From the NCBI RefSeq assembly GCF_030144855.1, contig NC_082738.1:43772001-43836000 (forward strand): 64,000 nt of DNA. The letters run 5' to 3'. Below are positions 40,626-54,964 of this stretch, one piece after another. Numbering within the stretch: position 1 is the first letter of the stretch; each line of letters starts with the position of its first letter. The notes under the pieces were generated by a model. The model had not been told where the DNA came from, made no database searches, and saw nothing but the letters and a program-made list of their open reading frames with translations. Source of the DNA: Hypanus sabinus. Lineage: Eukaryota. The position numbers and the translations under genes are program-made.

Positions 40626-40850
40626 ATCCTAATCTAGCCTTTTGACTAGAGGTCTTGGAGAAAGGGAAGTAAGATCATTGTTTAAACATGCTACTTCATG
40701 TAAAGTTTTGCTTCTATTTTCTCTTTAATATTTGGTACAAGATTCAAGAACCCAGATAAGGAAGGAGAGTTTCATGTGTACTTCTATTAAGCAGTAGTAA
40801 ATTTACAGACTATCAGACAGAAACGATTCAATTGATAGTTGTTTACTCAC

Positions 40851-41045
40851 TGGGCTTCCTCCTGATTGAGTCTGTCAGTCTCTGCTCTAACCTTGGCCAA
40901 ATCATCTGCTACTTTCTTCCGTTTCTCTTCTACATTTCCAAGTTCCTGGATTAGATGGTCCTCTTCAGAGTTCAGCATTTTTAGCTTTTCCAGAAGCTGC
41001 TCTTCATCTTCCTGACTCATTTGCTGAAGGATCTCTAAACAGTTC
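40851..41045 (-). CDS. BECN1: BECN1 exon 7
   Basis: NCLEILQQMSQEDEEQLLEKLK...DRLNQEEAQ; tag/gtgagt. Confidence 0.96.
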
Positions 41046-42113
41046 CTAAACCAAGAACACTTTAATCACTCTTTTTAGCTGTGTTACGTACCCCGTAACT
41101 GGGTGGCTTACCAGCAAAGGTAGAAGTATCCGTTGGAGTCTGGTACTATTTTCCAAACAGTGTTTATTAGTAAAATATACAAATCAATATCAACAGTGCA
41201 AATATACAGATAATACACATTAGCAATACTAAACCCAAAAGTGTGGGTATAATAATAATAATCAATAATAAACAAGCTCTATCGATGTCTAGGGGATAAT
41301 GAATTGTCATATGTGAATATAAAGTTCAGTTCAGTTCATACAGGCTGAGGTAGTTGTTGGTCGATGTGTTGTAATTGTTGGAGAGAGAGAGCAAGCAAAC
41401 AGTGACAGCCAGTCAAACCTTCCTTCACATTCTTGATCTGTCGATGTGTTGTTGTGGCCATTCAGGTATGACCCCTCTCGCCTTTAGCTGGACCATTCTT
41501 CTATGCTGGACTCGTCACCCAGGCAAGGGTGGACACACACACAAGCCCCCAACCGCCTCGCTATAAACACTGAGTTAAAATTGACCGATCCTTCGTTCGG
41601 TCTCCGATGCCCCACACTTTCTCGTGGGTTCCAACACTTAAGCAGTACTCACTAGTGTGTCTCCTGGTACACCTCTTGGTGTGTCTGAGAGGTGTCTCCT
41701 CAGACCTCTCTTTTATCCCTACTCACAGGGTCTCAGGTGTCAATCAGTTTTTTTTTAATATTTTTTTATTAGTTTTTCAAAACATTTTACAAATTAAAAA
41801 CCCCAAATCCCAATGAGGAACATTAAAAGAGTGCAAAATTAAGCATACAATAACAATATGCTACAAAGGAAGAGAATTTAGCAAAAAAAAAGCACCTGAA
41901 TTAAAGACAAGTAAGCTTAGTGTCCTCCCCAAGCCCCACAACACAAGAAAAAAACAACAGCAACTCCAGACCAACCACAACACAATATAGACAGTATAAG
42001 TCAGGACAGCCAAACTCCCAGACTGTGAATACACTCAGCAACAGAGGGTAATAATGCCTTCTACCAGAAAAAAAAAGGAGCTGAAAGCAAGGGACTGAAA
42101 AGAAAAAAAAACC

Positions 42114-45100
42114 CTAGTCAAGAGGAAGGTTATGAAAGTACTTGATAAAAGGTCCCCAGACCTTATGGAACTTTAGATCCGAATTGAGAACTGAATAATG
42201 AATTTTTTCGAGGTCCAAACAGGCCATGATGTTGTTAAGCCATTGAGCATGAGTGGGCGGGACAACATCTCTCCATCTGAGGAGGATCAAGCGTCTAGCC
42301 AGGAGAGAGGCATAGGATAATATTCGGCATTTGGTCGGACCCAGACATAAATCTGTCTCGCCCCAAAAACCAAACAGAGCAATTAAGGGGTTTGGTTCTA
42401 GGTGCTGATTCAGAATACACGATAACGTAGTGAAGACATCTTTCCAGAATTTCTCCAAGCTAGGACAGAACCAGTACATATGGATGAGAGAGGCCACGCC
42501 CCTCTTGCATTTATCACAGAGCGGACTAACGCTAGGGTAGAATCAAAATAGTTTAGATTTAGACAAATGGGCTCTATGAACAATCTTAAACTGTAAAAGG
42601 CAGTGGCGAGCACAAAGAGGTTGAGTTAACCGATTTGAGAACTGAATCCCAGCTCTCCTCAGATAAGGAGATATTTAAATCCTGCTCCCAGGCCATTTTG
42701 ATTTTATCCATGGGGGCCCGTCGTAAGGCTGCTAGTTTATCTCGGATGATTGATATTAAGCCTTTACCTAGTGGATTCATGGAAAGAAATAGGTCCATAG
42801 CATTTTTCGCAGGCATTTCAGGAAAGTTAGGAATTAAAGGAGCAATAAAGTGTCGGATTTGGAGATATCTGAAAAAATGAGCATTGGGCAGATTGAACTT
42901 AACAGAGAGCTGCTGGAAAAGAAGCGAAGCGATTATCAATGAAAAGATCTTCAAAATGTCTAATGCCCTTCCTATACAAAACCTGGAATGCTGAATCGTA
43001 TGTAGTCGGTAAAAAAAAAGATTATAAGCAATAGGGCTGGAAACGGAAAACCCCTGGAAACCGTAGCATTTCCTGATCTGAGCCCATATATGCAAAGTGT
43101 GTCTAACAAGAGGATTAGCTATTGATCTGGGCAGACTACTAGGGAGTGCAGAGCCAAGAAGTGCAGAGATAGATAATTCTTTAGTGGAGCTCAGCTCCAT
43201 CGCCACCCAGTTAGGGCATTCGGGTTGGCCATGGAAAAAAGACCAGAAGGTAGCACAACGTATATTAGCTGCCCAATAATATAAATGAAAGTTAGGTAAA
43301 GTCATGCCACCCTCTTTTTTAGATTTTTGGAGATGGATTTTATTAATTCTAGAGCGCTTATTCTGCCACAGATATGACAAAATAATAGAGTCTAAGGAAT
43401 CAAAAAAAGATTTAGGAATAAAAATTGGGATAGATTGAAATAGGTATAAAAATTTGGGGAGAACATACATTTTAACAACATTAATACGACCTACCAAAGA
43501 CACAGATAGAGGTGACCATTGTTCCAGACTCTGTTTTATAGCATATGAAAGATTGGTAAAGTTTTCACGAAAGAGATCTTTAAACTTCCTTGTGACTGTA
43601 ATTCCAAGATAAGTAAATTGATTATGGACTACTTTAAAAGGGAGATCATGAAATGTTAGTTCTTGTGCTTCTTTATTAATTGGGAGAAGTTCACTCTTAT
43701 GTAAATTAAGTTTATAGCCAGAGATCTGGCTAAACTGGTCAAGAAGTGAAAACATTAGAGGTAAGGATGTAGACGGATTTGAGAGAAAGAGTAATAAGTC
43801 ATCAGCATAGAGAGAAACTTTATGCTCAACACCCCCTCTCCAAATCCCAGTCAATTCAGGGCAGTTTCGAAATGCTATCGCCAGAGGTTCCATAGCCAAA
43901 TCAAAGAGAAAGGGACTTAAGGGGCATCCCTGGCGGGTGCCATGTTTGAGATTAAATACTTGGGATTTCTGAAAATTGGTTAAGACAGAGGCAGTAGGAC
44001 ACAGGTACAGCAATTGGATCCAAGAGATGAAACCTTGGCCAAGGTCAAATTTTTCTAAAACTGCAAAAAGGTAGTTCCACTCTATACGATCAAATGCTTT
44101 CTCCGCATCGAGGGAAATAACACATTCAGGAATCCCAGTTGGAGGTGAGTATAAGATATTAAATATACGCCGAATGTTAAAAAAAGGGAAACAGTTTTTA
44201 ATAAAGCCTGTTTGGTCATCAGAGATAATGGAGGGAATGACGGTTTCTAATCTATGAGCCAAAACTTTAGCTAAGATCTTTACATCAACATTGAGCAGAG
44301 AGATCAGCCTATACGAGGAGCACTCTGTTGGGTCTTTGCCCTTTTTTAAAAGAAGAATAATAGATGCCTCACTGAAAGAGGGTGGCAATTTGCCGTAATT
44401 AAACAAGTCAGATAATACTGAAAGTAACTGAGGAGAAAGAAGAGAAGAGAATGATTTATAAAATTCTACAGGGAACCCATCAGGTCCAGGAGATCTCCCT
44501 GAGGACAGTGCAGAAATTGCAGTAGATATTTCTTCTAATGACATAGGCACATTGAGTTTGGCTTTGAAATCAGATGAAAGTGAGGGGATATTCAGATTCT
44601 GTAAAAATTGATCAACAGAGATATTGTCATTCAGAGATTCAGAGGAATAAAGCAGAGAATAAAAATTTTTAAATGCGTCATTAATTTCTAAATGATCCAA
44701 TGTAAAGTCTCTGTTCTCCTTCCGGATCTTTGTAATATGTTGTTTGGCTTTGGAACGCCTCAGCTGATTGGCTAGAAATTTACCAGACTTATCCCCATGA
44801 ATGTAAAAGCGACTCTTGCTTTCGAGAAGTTGGCATTCAACAGGTTGAGTGGACAGAAGGTTAAATTTAGTTTGGAGTTCAACATGCTTCTTGTATAATT
44901 CAGGGTTCTTAGTTTGGGCATATATTTGATCCAATTCCTTAATCTGGTTAATGAGGTCTAATCGATCTGCACGGGACCTTCTGTTGAGATTTGCTGTGTA
45001 AGAGATTATTTGCCCCCTCAGATATGCTTTCATGGCATTCCAGACAATCTGGGATGGTACTTCAGGTGATGTATTAGTGTTAAAATAAAAGGTTATCTGA

Positions 45101-45900
45101 TCCTTAATAAATTTTAAAAAATCATCATCCGATAGTAAAGTTGAATCAAACCGCCAGTGTTTATTCCTCTGAGGGAGACCAGGCAAATTCAGAGAGAGAG
45201 TAATTGGGGCATGGTCAGAGATCAGTATACTCTGATAGTCACAAGAGTGGGCAAATGGAATAAGTTGGTTATCGAGTAAGAAATAATCAATTCTAGTGAA
45301 GGTATGGTGAACATGTGAGAAAAAAGAATAATCTCTCTCCGTAGGATGGAAGAAACGCCATATATCAGAGATACCATAATTAGAGAGAAACGATTGGATA
45401 GCTAAGGCAGATTTAGTAGGTGGTCTAGTAACAGAGGACGATCGATCCAAATTGGGATCTAAACAACAATTAAAGTCACCACCCAGTATAAGAGAGTATG
45501 AGTTTAAGTCTGGTAGTGAGGAAAAAAACTGTTCAAAAAAATTAACATCATCAAAGTTGGGGGCATACAGGTTTGCTAGTGCAACTTTAGTGTTATATAG
45601 TTTACCAGAAACAATAATAAAACAGCCATTTATATCAGATATTTTATTATGGAGTTCAAAAGGAATATTTGAGTTAATAAGAATGGAGACTCCCCTAGCT
45701 TTAGCGGTAAAGGATGAATGAAAATGTTGACCTGCCCACCTTGACAAAAGCCGGGAGTTATCAGAACAACGAATATGAGTTTCTTGAAGGAAAGCAATGT
45801 CAGCTTTGAGTTGTTTGATATGTGAGAATACCTTCCTCCTTTTAACAGGGTGATTCAATCCCTTTACATTCCAGCTCACGAATTTAAGTGCACTAGCCAT
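42114..45900 (-). pseudogene. L1 ORF2p (APE endonuclease + RT + Cys-rich C-terminus), frameshifted near the 3' end
   Basis: 1104-aa ORF with SWNVKGLN, LQETH, GGDFN, SDHAP, RQGCPLSP and YADD. The C-terminus (HMYWFCP...) is in other frames (42114-42613). Confidence 0.93.
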
Positions 45901-46766
45901 TATCGATTACTAATGCATAAAAGGCAGAAGGCATATAAAAAGTCAAGCAGTACAATAGTAGTCTGGGAGCAGAGATGTAAACATAGATTCGTAAAATCAA
46001 CACATATACATGTCCTGAGCTATAAAGAAATATAATATATACAGTGAGTGATGTTGGAACTAGAAAACTCATCCCACCCACACAACCCAAAACTAGACGG
46101 CTACCAAAACAAGTAGCTAGCTCTACCAAAAAAATTAACCCAAATACAACTTCCAGATCTGTGTCATTAACAGCAGTTCCGTATAAATACTATAATAAAT
46201 AGTAACTAGTTTATGCACTAAAAAAACATAACTACAGATTAGAACACCTTCTGCAGGAATATAAAACTTAATACAGAGAAAATCGGAAGAGGACCAAAAC
46301 TAACCTGCCAGTGAAAAAATTATAGAAGAATAAAGTAAGAGAAAGGAAAAAAAGGGATAAAAAAAGAGAGGAAGGGGAAAATTATAAATTCAAGACGAGT
46401 ATTTATCAACCATTTACAGAGAAGAGAAAAAAATTCAGAAATTAGAAAAAAGGGGTGAAAAAAAGAAAAAAGTATAATAAAATAAATAAATATAAAAAGA
46501 AGGAAAACTAGATCAGCAATTAAACCGTGAACTAACAAACAGGAAGGCCTTCTCGGAAGACTTCAAACCTCCAAAACAAGTTAAAGTCGGTTGTAGAACT
46601 CTGTAGATAAAGTTGTACAACAATAAAAGATAGGTTTCACACACACCAAATCCAGGGAGAGATTGTCAGCAGCCCTTAGAGTTTCGATGAATAATGTCTG
46701 AATGATTCAAGTAAAGTCTGAGTCCAGAAAAAGTAATTTTACTACGAGAAGTACTTATCCACCATT

Positions 46767-47576
46767 TTAGGAGGTCTGATCGGGTTCCGAAGATGACTGG
46801 ATAGCCGGAAGACTTGCCACAAATGCTTCAGCTTCCTTGGCTGACTTAAACCATTTGTATTTCCCAGTGTTAAGTTTGATTCGTAGATCAGCAGGGGAAC
46901 GAAGCGAAGGTTTAAAGCCACGACCAAAAAGCACTTTCATTGCGCCTTTAAACTCAGCGCGCATCTTTAAGGTCTGGGGTGCAAAATCTTCCACAAAGCG
47001 AATGGTTGTATCCTGGAAAATAAAAGAACCTCTGCGACGTGCCTCTACGATCAGACGGTGTTTTACCTGGTATTGATGGAAGCACAAGATTACTGGTCGC
47101 GGGCGGTTGCCCAGAATTCCGGCGGGAACATGGACCCGACGTCCCCGTTCGAGCTCAGGCGGGTTCGGAAGCAAATCTTTCCCGAATATCTCACAGAGAA
47201 ACTCGGCGAAAAACTTCACTGTTGATCCCTGTTCGGTGGCCTCTGGCAATCCAAGAATTCTAAGATTGCAGCGTCTGCTGCGATTTTTGAGATCCACCGT
47301 TTTGAAAAGGAGTTTGTTACACTTTTCCTCCAAGCTGGAACAGAGTCTCCAAGTATCGAACACGACTTTCTAAATCTTCAGAAGTCGAATCGATGCGAGA
47401 TAAGTGTTGGGCATGCTTGCCCACCTTGTCGTTGATTTGATCAATCTTGACCAACTGTTTGAAAGCGGTTTTGAATTCCTTTAAAATTTCGTCTCGGAGC
47501 TGACCGAGCGCAGTCAGGGTCTCGTCTGAGAGAGCCGGAGCTTCCTTGCTCCTGGATTTAGAGCTCTTGCTGACAT
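46767..47576 (-). pseudogene. L1 ORF1p (frameshifted)
   Basis: DLKNRSRRCNLRILGLPE...RPRPVILCFH (Transposase_22-type RRM/CTD); N-terminal coiled-coil part is out of frame from ATG 47576. Confidence 0.85.
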
Positions 47577-49216
47577 TGTAAGTTAGAGGTGTTCACAGGC
47601 AAGTAAGAAGTACCGAAAAAGTTCCCGACTAAGGTTTAAAAAATGGAGACATTTAGCGCAAAGATAGCGACAGTAACGGAACAAAAGTTCGGAGCAGCTA
47701 AGCAATCGCCATCTTACCGGAAGTCCCCGGTGTCAATCAGTTTTGAATGGCTTAGCCCATCAAACCAGCCCACTCCGGCTGTCCACTGAGGAATTTGAAT
47801 GAACAGAATAGTACCAAGTAAACAGCCCTCCCTGGAGCCATAAGTCTCACAGGAGTCATAATATGGTGGAACAACAAGTCTCTTCCTCCCTGTGTTATCT
47901 CTCCCTTATCTGAAGCAAATGTTCCAGTCCAAGTATGTTTTTGTTCCATCTCCTTCTCTCTCATTAGCAGCCTGGCAACAGTAACGGTTTGTAATTCTCC
48001 CAGGGGAGGGGGACATGGGCAACCTTGCACCCTTCTGCCCATCAGAGCTGTTCATCCTTCTTAACAGCTGTGAGCATTACATTCAGCAAAACCAAAGTAA
48101 TTTTGAAGATGTTAATCTAAAACATTTAAAAAAATTATGGTGCAATCTTAGTCTTAGGGAATCCCTTGGGGCTGGGGATAACTTGCTTTCATTACAGTTG
48201 GGGAGTGGAAGATACTTGAGGATTGAAAATAGCAGTATTAAGCCATTCAGCCTTTTGAGTCTGCTATGCCAGCAGCAAAATATTGAGGTTACTAGAAATC
48301 TGAAAGAAAAACCCTTATGAACTGCACTGTTAAAAGACGGCAATGTACTCCCTCCTTCCGAAGGGCAATCAGAAATGGAAATAAATGCGGGCCTCGGGAA
48401 CAGCAGCAAATGAAGAGAAAGATGAGTTTTACTGCTGCTGCACATTATAATTTTAGTGCAAGATTTCTTTTAGGAATACTGTTTCAAAAATCATAACTGA
48501 AATCATCTGTCCAGTCACTCTATGGGATGGATTGATTTATAAGCACCAGTTTGTGGATTCAAATTGACTCATATGGCTTAAGGAAAAGTCTGTTTGCTTT
48601 GCTCCTTACTTGTCTCTAGATTTATAGAATTTAGATTCAAGCCTGACATTGAGAGTTTAAGCTCAAAGAGATGGCTCAGAATCAGGTTTAGTATCACTTA
48701 CATCTGTTGTAAAATTTGTTGTTTTGTGGCAGCATGACAGTGCAACACAAAATATACTATATAAGAAATACACTAAGTTCTGTCTCACATATACATGCAC
48801 TTTACATCAACCTTCAGGCCATGTGCTAATATTATTTTGTGACTATATGGGCTGGATCATAACTATATGTGCTGTGTGTTTGCACTTTCCCCCAGAAAAA
48901 AAGACGATATTTTGCTTAGCTTATCTGTGTATGGTTGAATGACAATAAACTTGACCTTGAAATATACAGAAAAATAGTGCAAAAGCTAACAAAAATAGTG
49001 AGGTACTACATAAAAATAGAAATAGTTTTATTTAAAAATAAAAAATAGTGGGATGACAATCCAAAGCAGAACTAACTATAAAGTTAAACCTGGTTAATTG
49101 CAAGAATAGTATAACTTTGCAGTCTTGGCTCCTTCAACTAAAGTTTCCATGCCCATCCCCCCACCGAAATAGATCTGGGTAGTAGTTCTACAGTATAACT
49201 GATATCAATGACATAC

Positions 49217-49353
49217 TTGTAATTCTGGCATTCATTTTCTGTAACGTTCAGCTGTTGGTCTAATTGATCCAGCAATGTATCTGTACACTCTTCACAAAGA
49301 GGGTGGTCCACATCTGTCTGACCAGACATTATGTCAAACAGATCACTAGTCAC
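49217..49353 (-). CDS. BECN1: BECN1 exon 6
   Basis: [46 protein letters not shown]. Confidence 0.97.
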
Positions 49354-51269
49354 CTATTTAAAAACAAGGACAGAGTTCAGTGCATACCCTGCATATGCCA
49401 CATATTTCCTCTGTTACATTTACTTTCCAGAGAAGGAACAGAACGACGTTGGTATCAGTTAACATCCTGATATATCATGTCAGTCATGTTGGAAATGTAC
49501 AGAGAACTCCACCTATCCAAGCCAAGATGAATAACTGGCATTGGCACTCTTTTTTGGCCATAGCATCTACATGGTTAGAGTAGGCCAGGGTATTGTTGAC
49601 TAGGAATGAACATCACCAATGTTTGATAAACATTGTTGACTCAATGGGCCAAAGAGCCTATCTCCATGCTGGAAACTCTGATTATTTTCAGTGCTCCGTC
49701 ATAGCGTGAATGGAGGCAAGTGCAATGCCAAAAGGACAAAGGCTGATATAGGAGCTAGACTTGGAGGAGGGTGGTGGAAATGCTGGAGAATTGAACCTGC
49801 AGTAATGGGAGAATTACAATCACATGCTTAAGTTTTGGCCGAGTGCTTTGAAACTGACTATTTTTTGAAGGACACCTTGAGATTTTACTTTTGGCTCCCA
49901 GGTGTGCAGGATCACTGGGGACCTGAGTCACCCCAACCACAATCTATTTCAGCTGCTACCATACAGGAAACTGTACTGCAACACAAAAGCCAGGACCAAT
50001 AGGCTCCGGGAGAGCTTCTTCCACCAGACCATCAGGCTGATTAACTCATGCTGATATGAGTATATTCCTATGTTACATTGACTGTTCTATGTATTATAAA
50101 TTATGATTGCACATTTAGATGGGGACGTAACGTAAAGATTTTTACTCATGTACGTAAAGGATATAAGAAATAAAATCAATTCAATTGGGAACTTTATAGA
50201 AGAATTATTTAAATCAGGACAGCTTGGTTGATTAATGGAACAGGAAGTACTGTAAATTAGAACTCTCATATCAGAGTGTAACACTGAACATTCGCTTGCT
50301 TTCTTGGGATGACATTTTTCAAATTACTATTCATTTGAACAATCATTAATCCAACATCAAGGGGCCTATGGAGGCTATGCTACTAATTTGTCTCTCTTAA
50401 TTATTCCATTGAGTTTACTTGTAGGGATGTACTGGATATTCTGTGTCTTTGCTGCAGTGAGGTGAAAGATACACTACTATGAGTACATTGTCAGGTACTA
50501 CATGATGGCTGTGATCATTTCTCAGGAATGATAAGGGAGGGTAACTGGGCAGACAGAGTAATTTATAATTTTAAAGGACATTTTTCTAATAGGTACCAGC
50601 TGAAGGTTGCTGTATTTAAATGATGGGGAAGGTTGCTGGCTCCTTTATCTGAGTTTCCCAGCTTTGTATACTGCAGTAATTCAGCGTGTCCTGTGAGAAT
50701 GCTGGGAACAGGCTGTAGGTTGGGTCCCTTTCCAGTGTGAGATCTTATTCTTCCAAGCAGTCATATGAAGGCGATCTCTAGTGCAGGTGGTTGTCACCAT
50801 TCCAAGGGATGTATTGAGATGATGTTTAATTTTTTTTTAAAGTCTGGAAGTCATTTGGAAACTGTTCCTTAACAACTGTTGTCTTACCCCACCCCATTTC
50901 CTAGTGACATGGACCACAGCTGCAACTATTTTGATTAATGGTACAAAGCCACACTGGAGATTCAGTGGCATGGATTTGTTAACTAAGACATTGACATCTC
51001 CCTGAATCAGGTCTGTCTCGATACCTTTCATCCTTCTAAACTCCAATGAACATAAGCCAAATTGATCCAATCACTCCTTATTTAAAATAATAGAGGGGAC
51101 ATTACACAAACAGCATCTTTTAATTTTAATAAAAGAAACTCTGAACAAATCATAGATATTTTTCCAAGTCTTAATTATAATGTTCACTTACTGTGAGCAT
51201 CACTCCCTGTTAAACATTTTACTTCCTGTAGACTTGTTAATCTGTTTTATCAAGATGTACATTATCTCA

Positions 51270-51461
<192 letters not shown>

Positions 51462-51947
51462 TTAACAAATTCCTAATGCAAACAAAATAGTTTAGGATCT
51501 TTTAAAAGTTAAATAAAAGTCATAATATTCCATGTTTCTTTAAATACAACAATATAACTTTGTATTATTTTCACTTCCAACACATAGAGCCTGATAAAAA
51601 TGTTACTAAATTAACACAATTAAGAACATTCCATGTATTTTAATAGCTTGTTTATAGATGGAAATTTTAATTTTAACTTGTTTGAATGATTTCACTAATT
51701 CATTGCAAACTGCTACAAGAAATTCTACATTAAAAACAGACTTGCTTGTTAGAGGGCATAATTGGAAGGGAGAAGTACATTTTCCTTCCCTACCCTCTCA
51801 GGGTAGGATGAAATTCCATGATATACATGGCCAATATATAACATATTAGTTTGTTGAGTGTGAAACACTTACAGATCTAAGTCACTGCAAGGTGCAGTTG
51901 GACCCGATGGCATTTTAAATGATTAACTTGTTATCAATAATACTAGT

Positions 51948-52726
51948 ATAACAATAAAATATTAATTGGGACACATTAGGATCAGTACATTTTGGCCCAA
52001 TTAAGCCACTGCTTCAATTAGCCAAAGTTGCATGAAAACAGTTAAGGAGGTTTAAAAAAGGCAAACTATTGTTTTAATTGAGTAACAAATTATGTATTTA
52101 AATGAAATACAGAATAAATTACAACACTACCCATACTACTACAGTACAACTAATAGGAACTAACAGTTTTATCAACGGAGGAATTCATCCAGTGTACACT
52201 GATGTATTCTTTTGATGCGACTGTAAATGAACAAAATTAGCGCAGACACCTAGCGCAGACAATGGACTGGCTTCCAACAATGTTTTCAATGGATGCATTC
52301 TCCAAATCTTCATTTTAATTATAGTACATAAGATGTTTGTCAATACCTTCAAATTCTTAGTAGTTTCTAACTTGAAGTAGGGAAATAGTTTCATTTTCAC
52401 TCCTAGCTGTTTCTGGCATCTCCAAGTCTGAATGCTTGAAATCGCAGTGAGCAAAACAGTTCTGAATGGTCTTACTGCTTATTACTCGCCAAGTATCAGT
52501 AACAAAAATCACTACCTTTTGAACACAAGCACATGCAAGTGACACTATTTAAAAACTGTTTGCTCTAAGCACAACAGCTACACGACGTACGCACATTCTC
52601 TAGCCTCAATTAAGCGGCATAATATCCCAATTAAGCAAGGGGAACCCCAGCTACTATCTCAATTTGTTTTTGTTCTTTAAGAGCTGTCCCAAATCAGCTG
52701 CTGCCCTGATTAACCAAAATCCACTG
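51948..52726 (-). mobile_element. Tigger/pogo deletion derivative
   Basis: Transposase C-terminal remnant VTDTWRVISSKTIQNCFAHCDF; end ...ccactg-ta; subterminal ttgggaca/tgtcccaa repeats. Confidence 0.6.
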
Positions 52727-53295
52727 TATCCGATCTCTAGCTCTTAAATCTATCCTCAGTTGCCACTGGATTACTATCCCTTTTTGTATTGTCAAACAAC
52801 AGCTCACTCAACATCAGCAATGGTGCTAGCATAGGAACTTTCTGCTTTACATGGATCAGTAATATAACCTGCAAAACAATTTGATAAAATACATTAGCCT
52901 ATTCTGCAAAGCTGAATTACCCACAGCAAATGCCAAGAAAATTTTGAAAAGTAAATGCAGTGTAATGCACCACACCCACCTGCTCAATTTATTTTCCTTC
53001 CACAAATAATCACCTTTTTTTTTCAGGCATTAGTATAGCAGTCCAAATGACTTCCTACCGCTATGAAAAGGCATCAAGGGATCCACTTTGCCATTCCTGA
53101 GAGAATGGCAGGAAAGAGGTTTTATCCGATAATCATCCAGCAACAAGAAGAGTTTCTCCAAACTTTAATCACCCAACACGTGAAACAAAACTACGTTCAT
53201 CAGCATTTACACTGTTGATTGATAAATGAATGGTCTTTTTCATGAGGAGGGGGGAAATCGCCCCATTTAAAAAGAATGAAATCATTTGTCTTTAC

Positions 53296-53354
53296 CGAGC
53301 TGGAGGGATGTATTTTCTGGATACGCCGTCTGGCTTGTTTTCTATACAAATTTC
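53296..53354 (-). CDS. BECN1: BECN1 exon 4
   Basis: EICIENKPDGVSRKYIPPAR. Confidence 0.95.
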
Positions 53355-54896
53355 CTGTAAAAATGAAGCATTTTTAGTAAAAACAGATGAAAAGGATTAT
53401 CAACTTGCACACCTTCTGAAATAATTTAATTAGTGGAATTACTGTTATAAAATCACATACCTATAGTGGCACTGAACTAATACCTCAAAACCAAAACTTA
53501 AAAATTAGTTACTTTGAAAAGGCAGTTATAGGTTTGCTGGTGAGCTAATTTGTACCAAGATTCTACAAAACACAAGGGATGAAAGACTTATTACCCTGTT
53601 CTAGTTATAAAAGTTGTGTGTGAAATATAGTGCAGAAGGTAATCCCTATTTCCCCCTCTCCCTCCCCCCCCTCCCCCCCACCCAAGGGATCTGGACCATG
53701 AGCAGCCACCTTAACATCTCTAACGGTGTAACACTGGCTCATCTGCTTGTTTTTGCCAGGAAAGGCAGCAAATACTTCCTCTTAAACCACAGCTATTTTG
53801 AGATTGTTTTGTATTTTTTCAGCTATTCTGTAACTTGAGACCAACTCTCCAAATAGAAAACAAATACTAATCCCCTCCAGAAATTATGGTGTAACATTGG
53901 TTCAGTTCATAAAAGCTGACAACTTTATTACTGTTGGCCTTTATGCATTGAACTGGCTACCCAACCTCAGGTTGAAGTCCAGCATTATGTTTAGCTAAGT
54001 GCTATCATTAAAATATCTGCACTGCTCTGATGGACTGGGTTCCTAAGTTTGAACGCTCCCGGACATGCTTTCCATCCGTGCCGGGTTGAGTGTCGAGCTT
54101 GCAACTTGGCCTCGTAAAAAAAAACACTGCACTGTGAGGACATGGGGGATCACTCACAGAATCTTTCCTCCAAGACAACCACTTGAAAAAAAAGTGGTCA
54201 CCAAGGCTCTGGCAGAGTATGGCACACATAAAAAAAAAGTTATTTCCTACCCATTGATTTAATCTAAACAATCATTTTTAAATGTGTGCACTTCTGGTAT
54301 ATTTCTGTTGTTCTATTGTTTTTATTTATTTAAAAAATGAACTTACAATATCTGGAGTAGTGCACTCAGCCTGTTCTGCTTCTCAATAAGATCACAACTG
54401 ATCTGCTAGCAACCTCAACCTAGCATTCCCATCTACCTTTCACCCCCTTGCCTATAAACCATGTCTGCCTTATGGATGTTCAAAGATACTGCTTCTTCTG
54501 CCCTTGAGGAAGAGAGTTCCAAAAATTCATAACTTAGTTTTTCTAAACAATACCAATTTTTTATGCAAGTACATGTATGCTAAAGATAGCGATAAGAATG
54601 ATGCACAGCATCCACAGGAAGATTCCACCCTCACCATCTACCCTGCCACCCTCAATCCACCATCATATCCATTTGCACCATAAAGCTGCAAAACTGTATC
54701 AAACAAACAAGGTCCTCATTGTCCATTTCAAACAATAGGATCAGTAAATACCAACATCCCCTAGATTAAGCAGCACACAATACTTGTACTGAGCACAAAC
54801 AATCCAGAATATATTTTAACAATTAAACAGTAGTTAGCGCCCCAGAAACAAAACAGACGCACTTTGAAGTTTGTAGATATCTGGTTAATTTCTTAC

Positions 54897-54964
54897 CTCA
54901 GGGAAGCTGCCATCTTCCACCCTGCCTTCTTCTGGTTTTACAGGAGTAACTGTAACTAAAGGAG
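54897..54964 (-). CDS. BECN1: BECN1 exon 3
   Basis: APLVTVTPVKPEEGRVEDGSFPE; 68 nt, phases consistent with neighbours. Confidence 0.92.

Larger units (their letters stand above)
41748..47728 (-). mobile_element. Full-length L1 LINE (5'UTR, ORF1, inter-ORF, ORF2, 3'UTR, polyA)
   Basis: TSD ggtgtcaatcag (41736-41747/47729-47740); G-rich 5' end; AATAAA plus A-tail. Confidence 0.95.
41082..48066 (-). mobile_element. ~990-bp solo LTR (family D) split by the L1 insertion
   Basis: TGTTA...TAACA ends; 4-bp TSD GCTG (41078-41081/48067-48070); halves at 41082-41747 and 47741-48066; - strand AATAAA at ~41163. Confidence 0.8.

Noticed and set aside
42586-45900. 1104-aa ORF as a host gene or active ORF2p
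   Set aside because: It is L1 ORF2 with frameshifts near 43015, 42915 and 42605, and ORF1 is also frameshifted.
48320-48410. Possible ancient SINE tail or conserved non-coding element (also ~53040-53240)
   Set aside because: Only vague resemblance; cannot be supported without an alignment.
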